DNA from: Eledone cirrhosa
Taxonomy: Eukaryota
DNA length: 64,000 nucleotides
Reading direction: 5' to 3'
Assembly: GCA_964016885.1 (NCBI GenBank)
Contig: OZ024757.1
Location: forward strand, 2,356,001 to 2,420,000
Each line of letters begins with the position of its first letter. Position 1 is the first letter of the stretch. A program made the position numbers and the translations under genes. This document shows, in pieces, positions 43,427 through 54,891 of the stretch. Under the pieces are notes generated by a model. That model ran no database searches. It had not been told where the DNA came from and was given only the letters and a program-made list of their open reading frames with translations.

Positions 43427-44875
43427 CGAAGGAAATGTGGTAAGGAACCAGGTGGACCATAACGCACCAAAGTACTCAATACTTGAGGTAGTAGAGTGGA
43501 TAATAGGAACCAGTAAGACCCCGACAGCTGAGCTCAAGCCGTTTCGACGGCTCATTCTGGACTAAATGAACATTTATCCTGGTATTTAAATAGCCGATCT
43601 TCTCAAGGGGTAATTCCATATATGGTCAAAGTGATTGTCAAAAATCAGTAGTAATTCTGTGGTTGCAAATTAGTAGGGGAGATGGTGGCTAAACCAGCCA
43701 GTAGGAGAAAGAGGGGAGGGGGTGGAGTAGCCCCAATCAAGCGTTTGTAGTGCCAGCTACAGCTGGGCATGAGGTCAAAGAAGATACAAGGGAGGGGGAG
43801 GGGGAGGAAGTCGGAACGGTAGGTAGAACAATGGGGGGTAGAAATATATAGGAAAGAGAGTGAAGAAAAGCAAATAAGTGTAAAGAAAAACAAATGAGTG
43901 TAAAGAAAAAAGTAAAGTAAATTAAATTCTACGACCTAGGTCTCTAGCTATTGTTAGTCTGGAATAAATAAATAAATAAAGAAAGAAAGAAGTAAAGAAA
44001 GAAATAAAGAAATAACGAAATAAGTAAAAGAACTAGGTGGGACGAAATAGGCGAGGACCCTTTTAAGAGGTATAAGTACGTAAATGATACGGTGACGGGT
44101 CAACAAAAGGGGCCAAAATACTAAAGAGACTACCACGAAATAGACAATAAAGGTTTCCATCCCGGGTACAATTCCAGCCACCACCCAGTGCAGCAAAGTG
44201 AACTAATACGAGATAATAATTCTGAGTCCCGAGAAAAATATATACTAATGCTAACTCTAAAAGATCTAAAACAAGCTACATGAAAGTTCGTACGAAGTAA
44301 AGGTAGAATACGGAAGAATAAATTCAGGATCCACCCCGCCCAAAAGAAAAGCGAAGAAAGAAATACTGAAACGAAAAAATAAGGCATAAGTGCCACTAAG
44401 AAATATAGAGGGCACAGAGAATAGTGGGAGTGGTCGGAAAAAGGGGACAAGTATCCGGGGTCTAAACCAACTGCTATAAAGGGCGGAGTCCGCCAAATCT
44501 ATCCTAGACTAGGGGAGGGGGTAGGGGTACTAAGGCTACAAGGGGCCAAAGGGCAGCCTCGGGTGGGCGAGAAAAGACGTCGACAAAAACTCAACCCCGA
44601 TGGCAGAAATAACCTAAATAGCAGTGGAGAACCGACCAGGAGGTGTAACTGCCCGGATAGATCTATCTGCCCACTCGACAATAGATGCAGAGACCGTAAT
44701 GTGATCTACCAGTGCAACGTGAGGACGGATACCTCCAACAAAGCCTATATAGGACTTACCGCATGTGACTTCAAGACCCGGCTATACCAACATAGACATA
44801 CCTTCCGAAATCCGGCCCGGCGTCACGCCACTACACTCTCGGGCCACATATGGGACCTCAAGGACAACAACATTA
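43426..44875 (+). mobile_element. PLE fragment: inverted 3' UTR/pLTR (43426-44580) joined to a GIY-YIG fragment (44585-44875)
   Basis: RRCNCPDRSICPLDNRCRDRNVIYQCNV..AYIGLTACDFKTRLYQHRHTF..TTLSGHIWDLK, nearly the same protein as 55219-55860. Shares the terminus acgaaggaaatgtggtaaggaacc. Confidence 0.85.
43518..43611 (-). ncRNA. Type I hammerhead ribozyme with a U3:A8 variant core
   Basis: Minus strand reads acccc-TTGAGAA-gatcggct..agccgtc-GAAA-cggct(tgagctc)agctg-TC-ggggt. Confidence 0.7.
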
Positions 44876-44883
44876 ATATATTA

Positions 44884-44976
<93 letters not shown>

Positions 44977-45183
44977 CTATAGTAAGGAACATAACTTTCT
45001 TGATCATTCATTTAACTCTAGAAGAAATCCTCCTTCCAACAAAAATCTTTGTCAGTGTTGAACAAATGAGCAACGATGGTTGCTAGACACTACGGCTTAA
45101 TTCGGGATGTTTGTTTACAAACACACCGAGCATTATAATAAATGTTCGGTGAATCCATACGTACATATATATATGTGTGCATG

Positions 45184-45223
<40 letters not shown>

Positions 45224-45348
45224 CTACTGTACGTCTGTATACATATATGTATGTACGTATACATACTCGTATTTAAGTAACAGCCGTACTAAGATTGAGA
45301 AATGAAATTTCGTTTCATTTTTTCCGTTTATATATATATATATATATA

Positions 45349-45753
45349 TTGGTAAACGGAAAAGAAAATGCTGACAAATTGTTCACAGTGAAAAATAGTT
45401 TAATTAGGAATAAGTGAGAATTAGTAATAGTATTGGTTAGTATTCAGTTTTGGTTTTAAGTTTTACCGGTTGCGCATTTCTAATGCTTTTCAAAAATAAT
45501 TTTGAGATAGAGCGTCCGTGATGTTTGCACTAATCTGGTTTAGACAAACATCACGGACGCTCTATCTCAAAATTATTTTTGAAAAGCATTAGAAATGCGC
45601 AACAGGTAAAACTTAAAACCAAACTGAATACTAACCAATACTATTACTAATTCTCACTTATTCCTAATTAAACTATTTTTCATTGGGAACAATTTGTCAG
45701 CATTTTCTTTTCCGTTTATCAATATATCATAACTTGTGTGTTACACCTCTATG

Positions 45754-45760
<7 letters not shown>
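45349..45760. mobile_element. ORF-less fold-back element (arms about 45349-45527/45545-45722) plus short tail, in (TA)n
   Basis: Direct inverted match around the spacer cactaatctggtttaga; the tail end is repeated inverted at 45791-45806. Confidence 0.8.
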
Positions 45761-45791
<31 letters not shown>

Positions 45792-45809
45792 AAAGCATAG
45801 AGGTGTCTT

Positions 45810-46025
45810 TCTAACTGTCCTTAACATTTTGACTACCATAACAACTTTTTAAATGGAAGTTGTAAAAAATTTTTTAAGGTATGTCAAATTTATTTATAAA
45901 ACTGTTTATATATTGTATTTTGTCTGAAGAGGGCATACCATATTTTTAATATGATATCCCGGAAATATATATAATGAAATAAATATGGTTTTATAAATGT
46001 AGTTTCCATTTGTTTAATATCGTAT
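45810..46025 (+). mobile_element. Solo PLE pLTR with HHR-like motif at 45916-45981
   Basis: tattttgt-CTGAAGA-ggg..ccc-g-GAAA-tatata-ta-atgaaata. Confidence 0.65.
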
Positions 46026-46230
46026 ATATCTATATATATATATATATATATAAAAGCAGAAGGGATATTCAGTTTGTAGGTACTATATATATATACTGTA
46101 TATATATGTAATATATATATACTGTATATACATTCGATCGCAGCGCTGTCAATTGCTATCGTGTGAGTGTGTGTATAGATATGTCTATGTGTGTGTATAT
46201 ATATATATATCTATATATATATTATTATTG

Positions 46231-46268
<38 letters not shown>

Positions 46269-46333
46269 ATATATGTATATATATATATATATTTTTTTCT
46301 CGTGCAATGGCCATACTCGATAACGTGGGGGCA

Positions 46334-46434
<101 letters not shown>

Positions 46435-46562
46435 AGAGCCCGCTTGTGTATAAAACTATGGATTATATACAAGTTTCTACATAATCTGGAAATTATTTAT
46501 CCCAAATTATAGAAATCTTATAACGAAACGGCCGTCTGGAAGGAAAGAGATATTTATTTAAT

Positions 46563-46757
46563 AATTGTTTCTACTTTAGGCACAAGGCCAGCAATTACCC
46601 AGTACATTACTGGTACTTTATTTTATCGACCCCGTAAGGATGAAAGGCAAAGTTAACCTCGGCGGGATTTGACCTCAGAATGTAAAAGGACGTAACTATG
46701 CTAGAAAGCATAGCGTCCAACCCTCTACCGATACTGCCAATTCACCGCCAATTCACC
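46563..46757 (-). mobile_element. tRNA-derived SINE with an 18-bp target-site duplication
   Basis: Homologous to 33037-33222; agatatttatttaataat occurs at 46548-46565 and 46758-46775. Confidence 0.88.
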
Positions 46758-46982
46758 AGATATTTATTTAATAATGTCTCATATAAAATAATACAACCAG
46801 CTATCCACGCAATACTGATTAGTTAGCACCCCAAACAATAAATTGGGAGACTACTTAGGTATATCCTAATGTTTGTTGAGTGAGATGGAGTTGGTCGGAG
46901 TATCGCTTAAGGCTGTTTATGTATTGTATATATATATATATATACAATACATATATTTATGTATTGTATATATATATATATA

Positions 46983-47392
46983 TTACTCCAATAATTTGTT
47001 GAGTGCTTTTTATCAGTTATAAAATATTTGCGTGTTGTATCCCAACAAATTAAATATAACTTCTCTCTCTCTCTCTTTATATATATATATACGATATATT
47101 AACAAATGGAAACTATATTTATAAAACCATATTTATGTCATTATACATATTTCAAGGACACCAAGTTAAATTATGGTGTGCTTTCAACAGATAAATATAT
47201 TTTATCTGATGAAAGCACACCATAATTTAACTTGGTATACTTGAAATATGTATAATGAAATAAATATGGTTTTATAAATATAGTTTCCATTTGTTAATAT
47301 ATCGTATTTTTACTCCAATAATTAGTTGAGTGCTTTATATCAGTTATAAAAATATTTGCTTGTTGTATCCCAACAATTTAAATAGAACTTCT
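46983..47392. mobile_element. Fold-back PLE pLTR pair (palindrome 47089-47307) with HHR at 47198-47262 and duplicated tail
   Basis: The arms mirror around about 47198. The + arm core is CTGATGA and the - arm core is mutated to CTGTTGA. The tail 47310-47392 is also present at 46983-47063. Confidence 0.8.
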
Positions 47393-47429
<37 letters not shown>

Positions 47430-47902
47430 ATATATAAGATTAAAAGATGGTTAAATGAGTTCCATGTATTTTATTATGCGCATTTCAAAAACAAATATCA
47501 TCATGCAATAACATTTGTGTTTTCATCAGATAAAATAGGAAGACATGATATGAAGGTTAAAAACATTTGTGGACAGTGCAGTTTTAAATCAACATATGAA
47601 AAGTAGTTTTAGATTGATGTGTGATATTAGGGAAAAAAATTTTTGATGTGGGGGGGAGGTTGGAAAGGATGAAAAAGAGGAGGAGATGAGAGTAAAAAGT
47701 GGAGGGGGAGGAGTATAATGAGGAAGGATGAGATAGGAGGAGAGATGGGTGATAGAGAGAGAGAGAGATAGCTTTTATAACTGAGAAAAATATATTGTTT
47801 TACATAGAGAGGTTGAAAAACCGTTGGAAGATAATGTATAAATTAAAAGAATTTGAAAATTAACGAAGAGAAAAATAATGTAAAGTTAAGGTTTGTATAT
47901 TG

Positions 47903-48070
47903 AAGGGTTTAATAATATGTGCGATGAAAAGAAATTGTTAATATGTATTAAGAATAATATTTAAGGGTTTAATAATATGTGCGATGGAAAGAAAATGTTA
48001 ATATGTATTAAGAATAATATTTAAGGGTTTAATAATATGTGCGATGGAAAGAAAATGTTGATATGTATTA
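47903..48070. repeat. 60-bp tandem repeat, about 2.8 copies, in the PLE 3' UTR
   Basis: aagggtttaataatatgtgcgatggaaagaaaatgttaatatgtattaagaataatattt recurs at 60-bp spacing. Confidence 0.9.
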
Positions 48071-48481
48071 TTAAAAAAAACAAAAGTAATGTAAGTAAGG
48101 ATATATTGTGAGATGAGCATGAATAAGTTAGATGAAAGTGAGAAAAAAATAATGAATAGAAGATGAATAATCTAACGTCAAAAAAATGTTTATGTTTACG
48201 AAGGATTTTTTCAAGGTGATATAAAGTAAGAATATAGTGTATTGTGTAATAATTGTTTCTATGTTAGGCGCAGCGAGAAAAGGTACAGATTAGGGGTTAG
48301 AAATTAAAAGAAAAAGAAAAGAAAAGGAAAAGGAAGAAAGGGAAGTGATAAATAGGAGTGATATAGAATATAATAAATAACTTTGAAATAAGGTAGAAAG
48401 ATGGGTATATTTTTAAAGAAGTATATATATATATATATGTGCCTTTGAGAAAAGGATTCTGAATTGATAAAGTTTAGGATA

Positions 48482-49903
48482 TTAGCTGTATACTTTATGG
48501 AAAGTTCTGTGGAATTTATGCAAGCAGATAGAAAACAAGTCAGTGCGTCTATTTATTATAGAATCTAAATTAGATATAATGGTAAATTTTTCATTTAGAC
48601 AGAGGTTGCAAGTCTTGGATAGAGAACTGTTCAAGTATGTAGAAGCAGAGGAAACCTTTTTCCAAGAGATGTTATATTTAATATTTTTGTCTTTCAAAGA
48701 CCATATGAGTTCTGAGAGAGCCGTGTTGGTTCTTTTAAGTTGGTATTTAAAAGACGAATGATGATTATAAAGACGAGCTTTAAAAGAGGTGGAAGTGGAG
48801 CCAAAATAGGTGAAGGAATTGGTGTCAGTTATAACTTTACATTCGTAAATTAAGTTTTTATCAAGACAATGGTTGTTGAGAGGACATTTATTTTTAGCAG
48901 GGCAATTGCAATTGCGATTAGAGAGATTATTAACGAGTGACCTAGTGCTATCTATAGAAGGAATTGGATTGGAGAAGTTATTTGCGATAGGAATAATAGT
49001 TTCTTGATTTAGAATGGGATTAAGAACATTTAGCGAAGTTGTGTTTGACGTTGTATTTGAGTTTGCAGAAATTAGCCTAGAGTTTACAGTGACGTCGGGA
49101 GTACTATTACTATTATTATGATATTCAGTGTTGGAAGGAAGAGATTTAGTATTTAGTATTTTATTGTTGTGTTTAGAGATAATGTTGGAAATGTTGGAGG
49201 ATGTCGAATAGGAACATTTTATAGTGTGTTTGTTAAATATTTTACTATAGATATGTGAGGGAGGGAAGCATTTATTTAAGGTACTAAAGAATAATTTAGG
49301 AATATTATTATTAATAGAGATGGAGAAAGCAGCATTATACCAGATTATGTTTTTGTATCTAGGTCTTTTATTAAAATTATTGGAATGATCATGATTAATT
49401 ATTCTACTGTAAGATCTTCTAGAATTTGTTTCTTTATTATATTTGATTTTATCAGGATAGCCGGCTTTAGAAAGCGCGTTATTATAGTAATTGGCGTTAG
49501 CATCGAAGATGTTTTTATTAGAAGATAGGTTAGATATTCTTTTTCTAATATTACTAACTATAGCATTCTTAATATTAGTAGGGTGGTTAGATTTAAAATT
49601 AACATAATTTAGGTTCTCATTGTTTTTATGGTAATATAGGCCAGTGTCAAGATTAAGAGATACATCCAAGAAATTAGCTAGTTTGATGCTGTTATCAAAT
49701 TCAATTTTTAGGTTATGTTGGTTAAAGAGATTACGTATATTGTTCTTAATAATATTAAGGTTAACTATGTTGCAATTTAAGATAGTAAAGAGTCCATCGT
49801 CACGATAAATTCCACCGCGAAGTTGAGGAATTTTCCGACTCAAAGAGTTCAAAATAAAGATACCAATTAAATCTGTCAATTGGGATGAATCGGATGCTCC
49901 CAT
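48482..49903 (-). CDS. PLE RT (C-terminal half) plus GIY-YIG endonuclease, partial
   Basis: MGASDSSQLTDLIG, GGIYRDDGL, NFLDVSLNL, SNHP, CNCPAKNKCPLNNHC, LIYECKV..YFGST..FKARLYNH, CNLCLNEK. Confidence 0.85.
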   Translation of the reverse strand: MGASDSSQLTDLIGIFILNSLSRKIPQLRGGIYRDDGLFTILNCNIVNLNIIKNNIRNLFNQHNLKIEFDNSIKLANFLDVSLNLDTGLYYHKNNENLNYVNFKSNHPTNIKNAIVSNIRKRISNLSSNKNIFDANANYYNNALSKAGYPDKIKYNKETNSRRSYSRIINHDHSNNFNKRPRYKNIIWYNAAFSISINNNIPKLFFSTLNKCFPPSHIYSKIFNKHTIKCSYSTSSNISNIISKHNNKILNTKSLPSNTEYHNNSNSTPDVTVNSRLISANSNTTSNTTSLNVLNPILNQETIIPIANNFSNPIPSIDSTRSLVNNLSNRNCNCPAKNKCPLNNHCLDKNLIYECKVITDTNSFTYFGSTSTSFKARLYNHHSSFKYQLKRTNTALSELIWSLKDKNIKYNISWKKVSSASTYLNSSLSKTCNLCLNEKFTIISNLDSIINRRTDLFSICLHKFHRTFHKVYS

Positions 49904-50202
49904 TGTGATGTCGAAGTTGTTAGAGGTATCAGCTCTGGTCCAATATTCATTGTTGAACTCAAGGATGGTTTTACGTGCGGTGAGAATGATGTGAAGTTCA
50001 TCTGTGGTGATGTCAGAATATTTAAATGCGAAAGATAGAGCATTATTGAGAAGTGAAGGCGGAATAGAAGAATAGTAGCTGGCAATATCAAATTGAATAT
50101 ATATATATATATGTCTATGTTAATCATCCGTGGATTATTTCCTGCTGTAAAGGTTAAAAGTAAAAATAAACCAACTTAAAACTGACTACAGATTTCGAAT
50201 AA

Positions 50203-51975
50203 CACTACCACCTATACTGCCACCTATACTACTGCTACATATACTACTGCTACCTATACTACTGCTACCTATACTGCTACCTATACTGCTACCTATACTA
50301 CTACCTATACTACTACCTATACTACTACCACCTATACTGCTACCTATACTACTACTGCCTATACTGCTACCTATACTACTGCTACCTATACTACTACCAC
50401 CTATACTGCCACCTATACTACTGCTACATATACTACTGCTACCTATACTACTGCTACCTATACTGCTACCTATACTACTACCACCTATACTGCTACCTAT
50501 ACTACTGCTACATATACTGCTACCTATACTACTGCTACCTATACTACTACTACCTATACTGCTACCTATACTACTACCACCTATACTGCTACCTATACTA
50601 CTGCTACCTATACTACTACTACCTATACTGCTACCTATACTACTACCACCTATACTGCTACCTATACTACTGCTACCTATAATACTACCTATACTGCTAC
50701 CTATACTACTACCACCTATACTGCTACCTATACTACTACTGCCTATACTGCTACCTATACTACTACTACCTATACTACTACCACCTATACTGCTACCTAT
50801 ACTACTACTACCTATACTGCTACCTATACTACTGCTACCTATACTACTACTGCCTATACTGCTACCTATACTACTACCACCTATACTGCTACCTATACTA
50901 CTACTACCTATACTACTATTACTACTACCTATACTGCTACCTATACTACTGCTACCAATACTACTACTACCTATACTGCTACCTATACTACTACTGCCTA
51001 TACTGCTACCTATACTACTACCACCTATACTGCCACCTATACTACTGCTACATATACTACTGCTACCTATACTACTGATACCTATACTGCTACCTATACT
51101 GCTACCTATACTACTACCACCTATACTGCTACCTATACTACTGCTACATATACTACTACCTATACTGCTACCTATACTACTACTGCCTATACTGCTACCT
51201 ATACTACTACCACCTATACTGCTACCTATACTACTACCTATACTACTACTGCATATACTGCTACCTATACTACTACTGCCTATACTGCTTCCTATACTAC
51301 TACTGCCTATACTGCTACCTATACTACTGCTACCTATACTACTACTGCCTATACTGCTACCTATACTACTGCTACCTATACTACTACCTATACTACTGCT
51401 ACCTATACTGCTACCTATACTACTACCTATACTACTGCTACCTATACTGCTACCTATACTACTGCTACATATATTAATGCTACCTATACTACTATTGCCT
51501 ATACTACTACCCTCTATATTACCACCTATACTACTACCACCTATACTACCACCTATACTACTACGACCTATAATACCACCTATACTACTACCAATGCCAC
51601 TACCACTTCTACTACTACCACTGCCACTATCACCTATACCACTACCACCTATACTGCTACCTATACTGCTACCTATACTACTACTGCCTATACTACTACC
51701 ACCTATATTACCACCTATACTACTACCTATACTGCTACCTATACTACTACTGCCTATACTACTACCACCTATATTACCACCTATACTACTACCTATACTG
51801 CTACTTATACTACTACTGCCTATACTACTACCACCTATATTACCACCTATACTACTACCTATACTGCTACTTATACTACTACTGCCTATACTACTACCAC
51901 CTATATTACCACCTATACTACTACCACTGTCACTACCACCTATATCACTACTGCCACCTATACTACTACCACCTT
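50203..51975. repeat. Triplet-phased minisatellite built from CCTATA plus (CTA/CTG/CCA)n
   Basis: Units of mostly 12-18 nt; source of the LPILL-repeat ORF. Confidence 0.95.
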
Positions 51976-52158
51976 TACTCTTGCCTCTTCAACAGCCAGT
52001 TCCACACTCAGTCTGGAACTACCTGTTAAAACGGCAAGAGCTCAGCCGTCGGGGCCCGACTCTTTATGATATAACCACACTCTGCTATCGCGTACTCTGT
52101 TGAGTAATGGTCGCATTAGTTTCAAAATGAATCCATCCTTGATTTATATATATATATA

Positions 52159-52750
52159 CTAGCCGAATTACCCGCGCCTTGCTGCGTTTCACACATTTTT
52201 TTTTGTAAGAAAATGATGATTGATTTCAAATCAGTGATATATTTTATGGAGAAAAAATAAAGGGAAAATGTTAAAAATGTAGAGGCATTAACTAATAATT
52301 GATGTCATAATTCTAGTAATGTTTTGCCACAGATAAAATGTCTAAATTAGCCAAATTTTACTATAAAAGAGAGATGTTTTTTTGTTGATTTACGTTTAAT
52401 TAATAGAAAACCCCCTGATAATAGAGGTTCCAATACTCAAGTTATGGGCTTCCAGCATTTTCTCTATTAGGGTGTCGTAATATTATTGAAATTTTCTGAA
52501 ATTTTGTGAATAGGCATCATATCTTGTCATTTACCTATGGTTTAAATTTTATATAAATCAAAGGGAAAACATTTCAGCGGGGGTTTGTGCCCCCGGGGAA
52601 CCCTTTGATTAAAATGAAATATACTTGTCCAAGTACCCTGGGAAATGTAGTTTCAGAATATATGTGGTTATGGGGGTCTATCTCCAAAACCATAGGAGGA
52701 GTTCGTGAACAAACAAACAGACAGTAACTACAACTTTATATATATATAGA
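52159..52750 (-). mobile_element. Non-autonomous Helitron
   Basis: The minus strand starts TC(TA)n and ends in the GC-rich hairpin cgcagcaaggcgcg, about 11 nt, then CTAG|T; ctgtctgtttgtttg lies near the 5' end. Confidence 0.7.
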
Positions 52751-53632
52751 GAGATATTTAAAGTAGGGGTGCACAGGTCAAAGACAATGGAAAAACAACA
52801 GAAAGAGGGACAGTCCCATCTCCTCAGTCAACCTCTGGAAATCACTACAGTTTCGGAAAAAAATTAAGGTTGAAACCATTCAGTGCAGTTCACATTGGGA
52901 CATACAGAGACAAGTTATGTCTGTAGGTAAATTACACAAATATAGATGAAAAGGCAACCCAAGTGTGTCAACTGACAAAGGGAGAGAACTGTGTGTGAGG
53001 GCTTAGCCAAAGGAGAAGAAAATATAGAAAGGGGAGAAATAGTAAAAGAGAAGAGAATAAGGACTGTTAAGGAACGTGCAGACAAAGAAGGACACTTAGG
53101 TGTAGAAAAGAAGGGAGAGTAGGGAATAACAGGCTGGGTGGTGTTTCAGAAACAACCCACATGGGAAAATCTTTGGATTATAAAGTAAAAAGCACAGAGG
53201 ACAAAGACAATGGGAAAACAACCTCGGAATATATCTATATATATAATGTGTGTGTCTGTTTCCGTGTAAGTTCTATAGGTTGTATAATATATTATATAGA
53301 GGTATATGATCAGGGGTGGATAACAATAATGTTGGGAAGACCCTTTGAAGAGGTCGGGCTGGTACTGTGGAACAGAGAGTGGTCAAATCTGGCGAAACGT
53401 TTGTAATGGAAAAGTTCTGAATATATTCTTGTAAACTTCCTGTGTGCAGAGTTATTCTTCACTACACACACACACACATACAGACACACATATATATATA
53501 CATAACAACACGCACACCTATATATGTATATACATATATACACAAAATACGCATACACACACATATATATACATACAAACACACACACACACACACATAT
53601 ATATATACATATCACGCATACACACACACACC

Positions 53633-53706
<74 letters not shown>

Positions 53707-53711
<5 letters not shown>

Positions 53712-53854
53712 GTTTGTATTTGTAAAGCCAAATTGTCAACAATATCTTTTGCATTTGCATTTATATTCTATGTCCATACCTGCATTGTTTTGGTTTTACA
53801 AATACAAACGTTTATACCTCATTAGACAATGCTTCAAGTGAACTATAACTTCCT

Positions 53855-53857
<3 letters not shown>
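53707..53857 (+). mobile_element. Miniature fold-back derivative of the 33397-35823 PLE terminus
   Basis: Matches 35693-35823; begins with the inverted aaacgtttgtatttgtaaagccaaa and ends with the same tail. Confidence 0.8.
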
Positions 53858-53926
<69 letters not shown>

Positions 53927-54118
53927 CGAAGGAAATGTGGTAAGGAACCAGGTGGACCATAACAAACCAAAGTACTCAATACTTGGGGTAGTAGAGTGGG
54001 TAATAGGAACCAGTAAGACCCCGACGGCTGAGCTCAAGCCGTTTCGACGGCTAATTCTGGACAGTCCAGAATTAGCCGTCAAAACGGCTTGAGCTCAGCC
54101 GTCGGGGTCTTACTGGTT

Positions 54119-54180
<62 letters not shown>

Positions 54181-54181
<1 letters not shown>

Positions 54182-54891
54182 GAAAACAAGACGTGCTGCG
54201 TGGTTGCAAATGGGTTACATATGAATAAATTTAGTCCTTCATCAGTGATCTTCCAACCTTCATTGGTATTTCATCGCTTTAAAGACCATATACCTCCGGT
54301 TGGTGCGAGCAACGGCTAAAGAAAGTCGTTGGGACACGTAAATAGGGGGAACGAGCGAGACAGTAAACAAACACAAGATGGTAATGCAACGAAAAGTGAG
54401 GAAGAAGGAGTCAAGTCCCAGAAATCGATGAATATAAGTTCTGTGAAATCGTGGACGAGAGAGAATAAAGACCATCAAACCTGGTCGAAATGTGAGCAAG
54501 GAAGGAATTCCGCACAGGTCAAACGGGAGGAGGAAGGAGTCTAGTCCCTGAATTCGGTGAACATAAGTTCTGTGAAATCGTAGACGAGAGAGAAAAAAAA
54601 GGAACAACCAACCTGGTCAAAGTGTGCGTGAGGAAAGAATTTCGCACAGGTCAAACGGGAGGAAGTGGGAGAGGGAGTAGCAGAGAGTGAGTGAGTGAAA
54701 GGTGAGGAAGAGGCTAACAGAGAGAGAGTGACTGTTAGAGGGGGTAAAGGGAAGTGAGAGATATAGAGAAAGAGGAAGCAGTAAGAATGAAAAAGACGGG
54801 TCACAGCGGAGGAAAATATATATGTGTGAATATGAAAACAAGACGTGCTGCGTGGTTGCAAATGGGTTACATATGAATAAATTTAGTCCTT
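54181..54891 (-). mobile_element. Nested insertion bounded by 59-bp direct repeats, with an internal ~135-bp duplication; probably another PLE pLTR
   Basis: tgaaaacaagacgtgctgcgtgg..atttagtcctt at 54181 and 54833; partial HHR core CTGATGAAGGAC on the minus strand. Confidence 0.55.

Larger units (their letters stand above)
47430..50100 (-). mobile_element. 5'-truncated PLE (YRDDGL-type RT, probably Hydra clade) with 3' UTR and HHR at 47467-47537
   Basis: IQFDIASYYSSIP near 50095, then ORF 48482-49903, then a pLTR homologous to 38050-38252. Confidence 0.88.

Noticed and set aside
51477-52103. 208-aa Leu/Pro/Ile-rich ORF
   Set aside because: It lies within a minisatellite and runs into a PLE pLTR remnant.
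52760-53410. Additional hammerheads near 52850(-) and 53345(+)
   Set aside because: The cores are incomplete (CTGAATG; TTGAAGA without a 3:8 pair) and the stems are unconvincing; at best these are decayed pLTRs.
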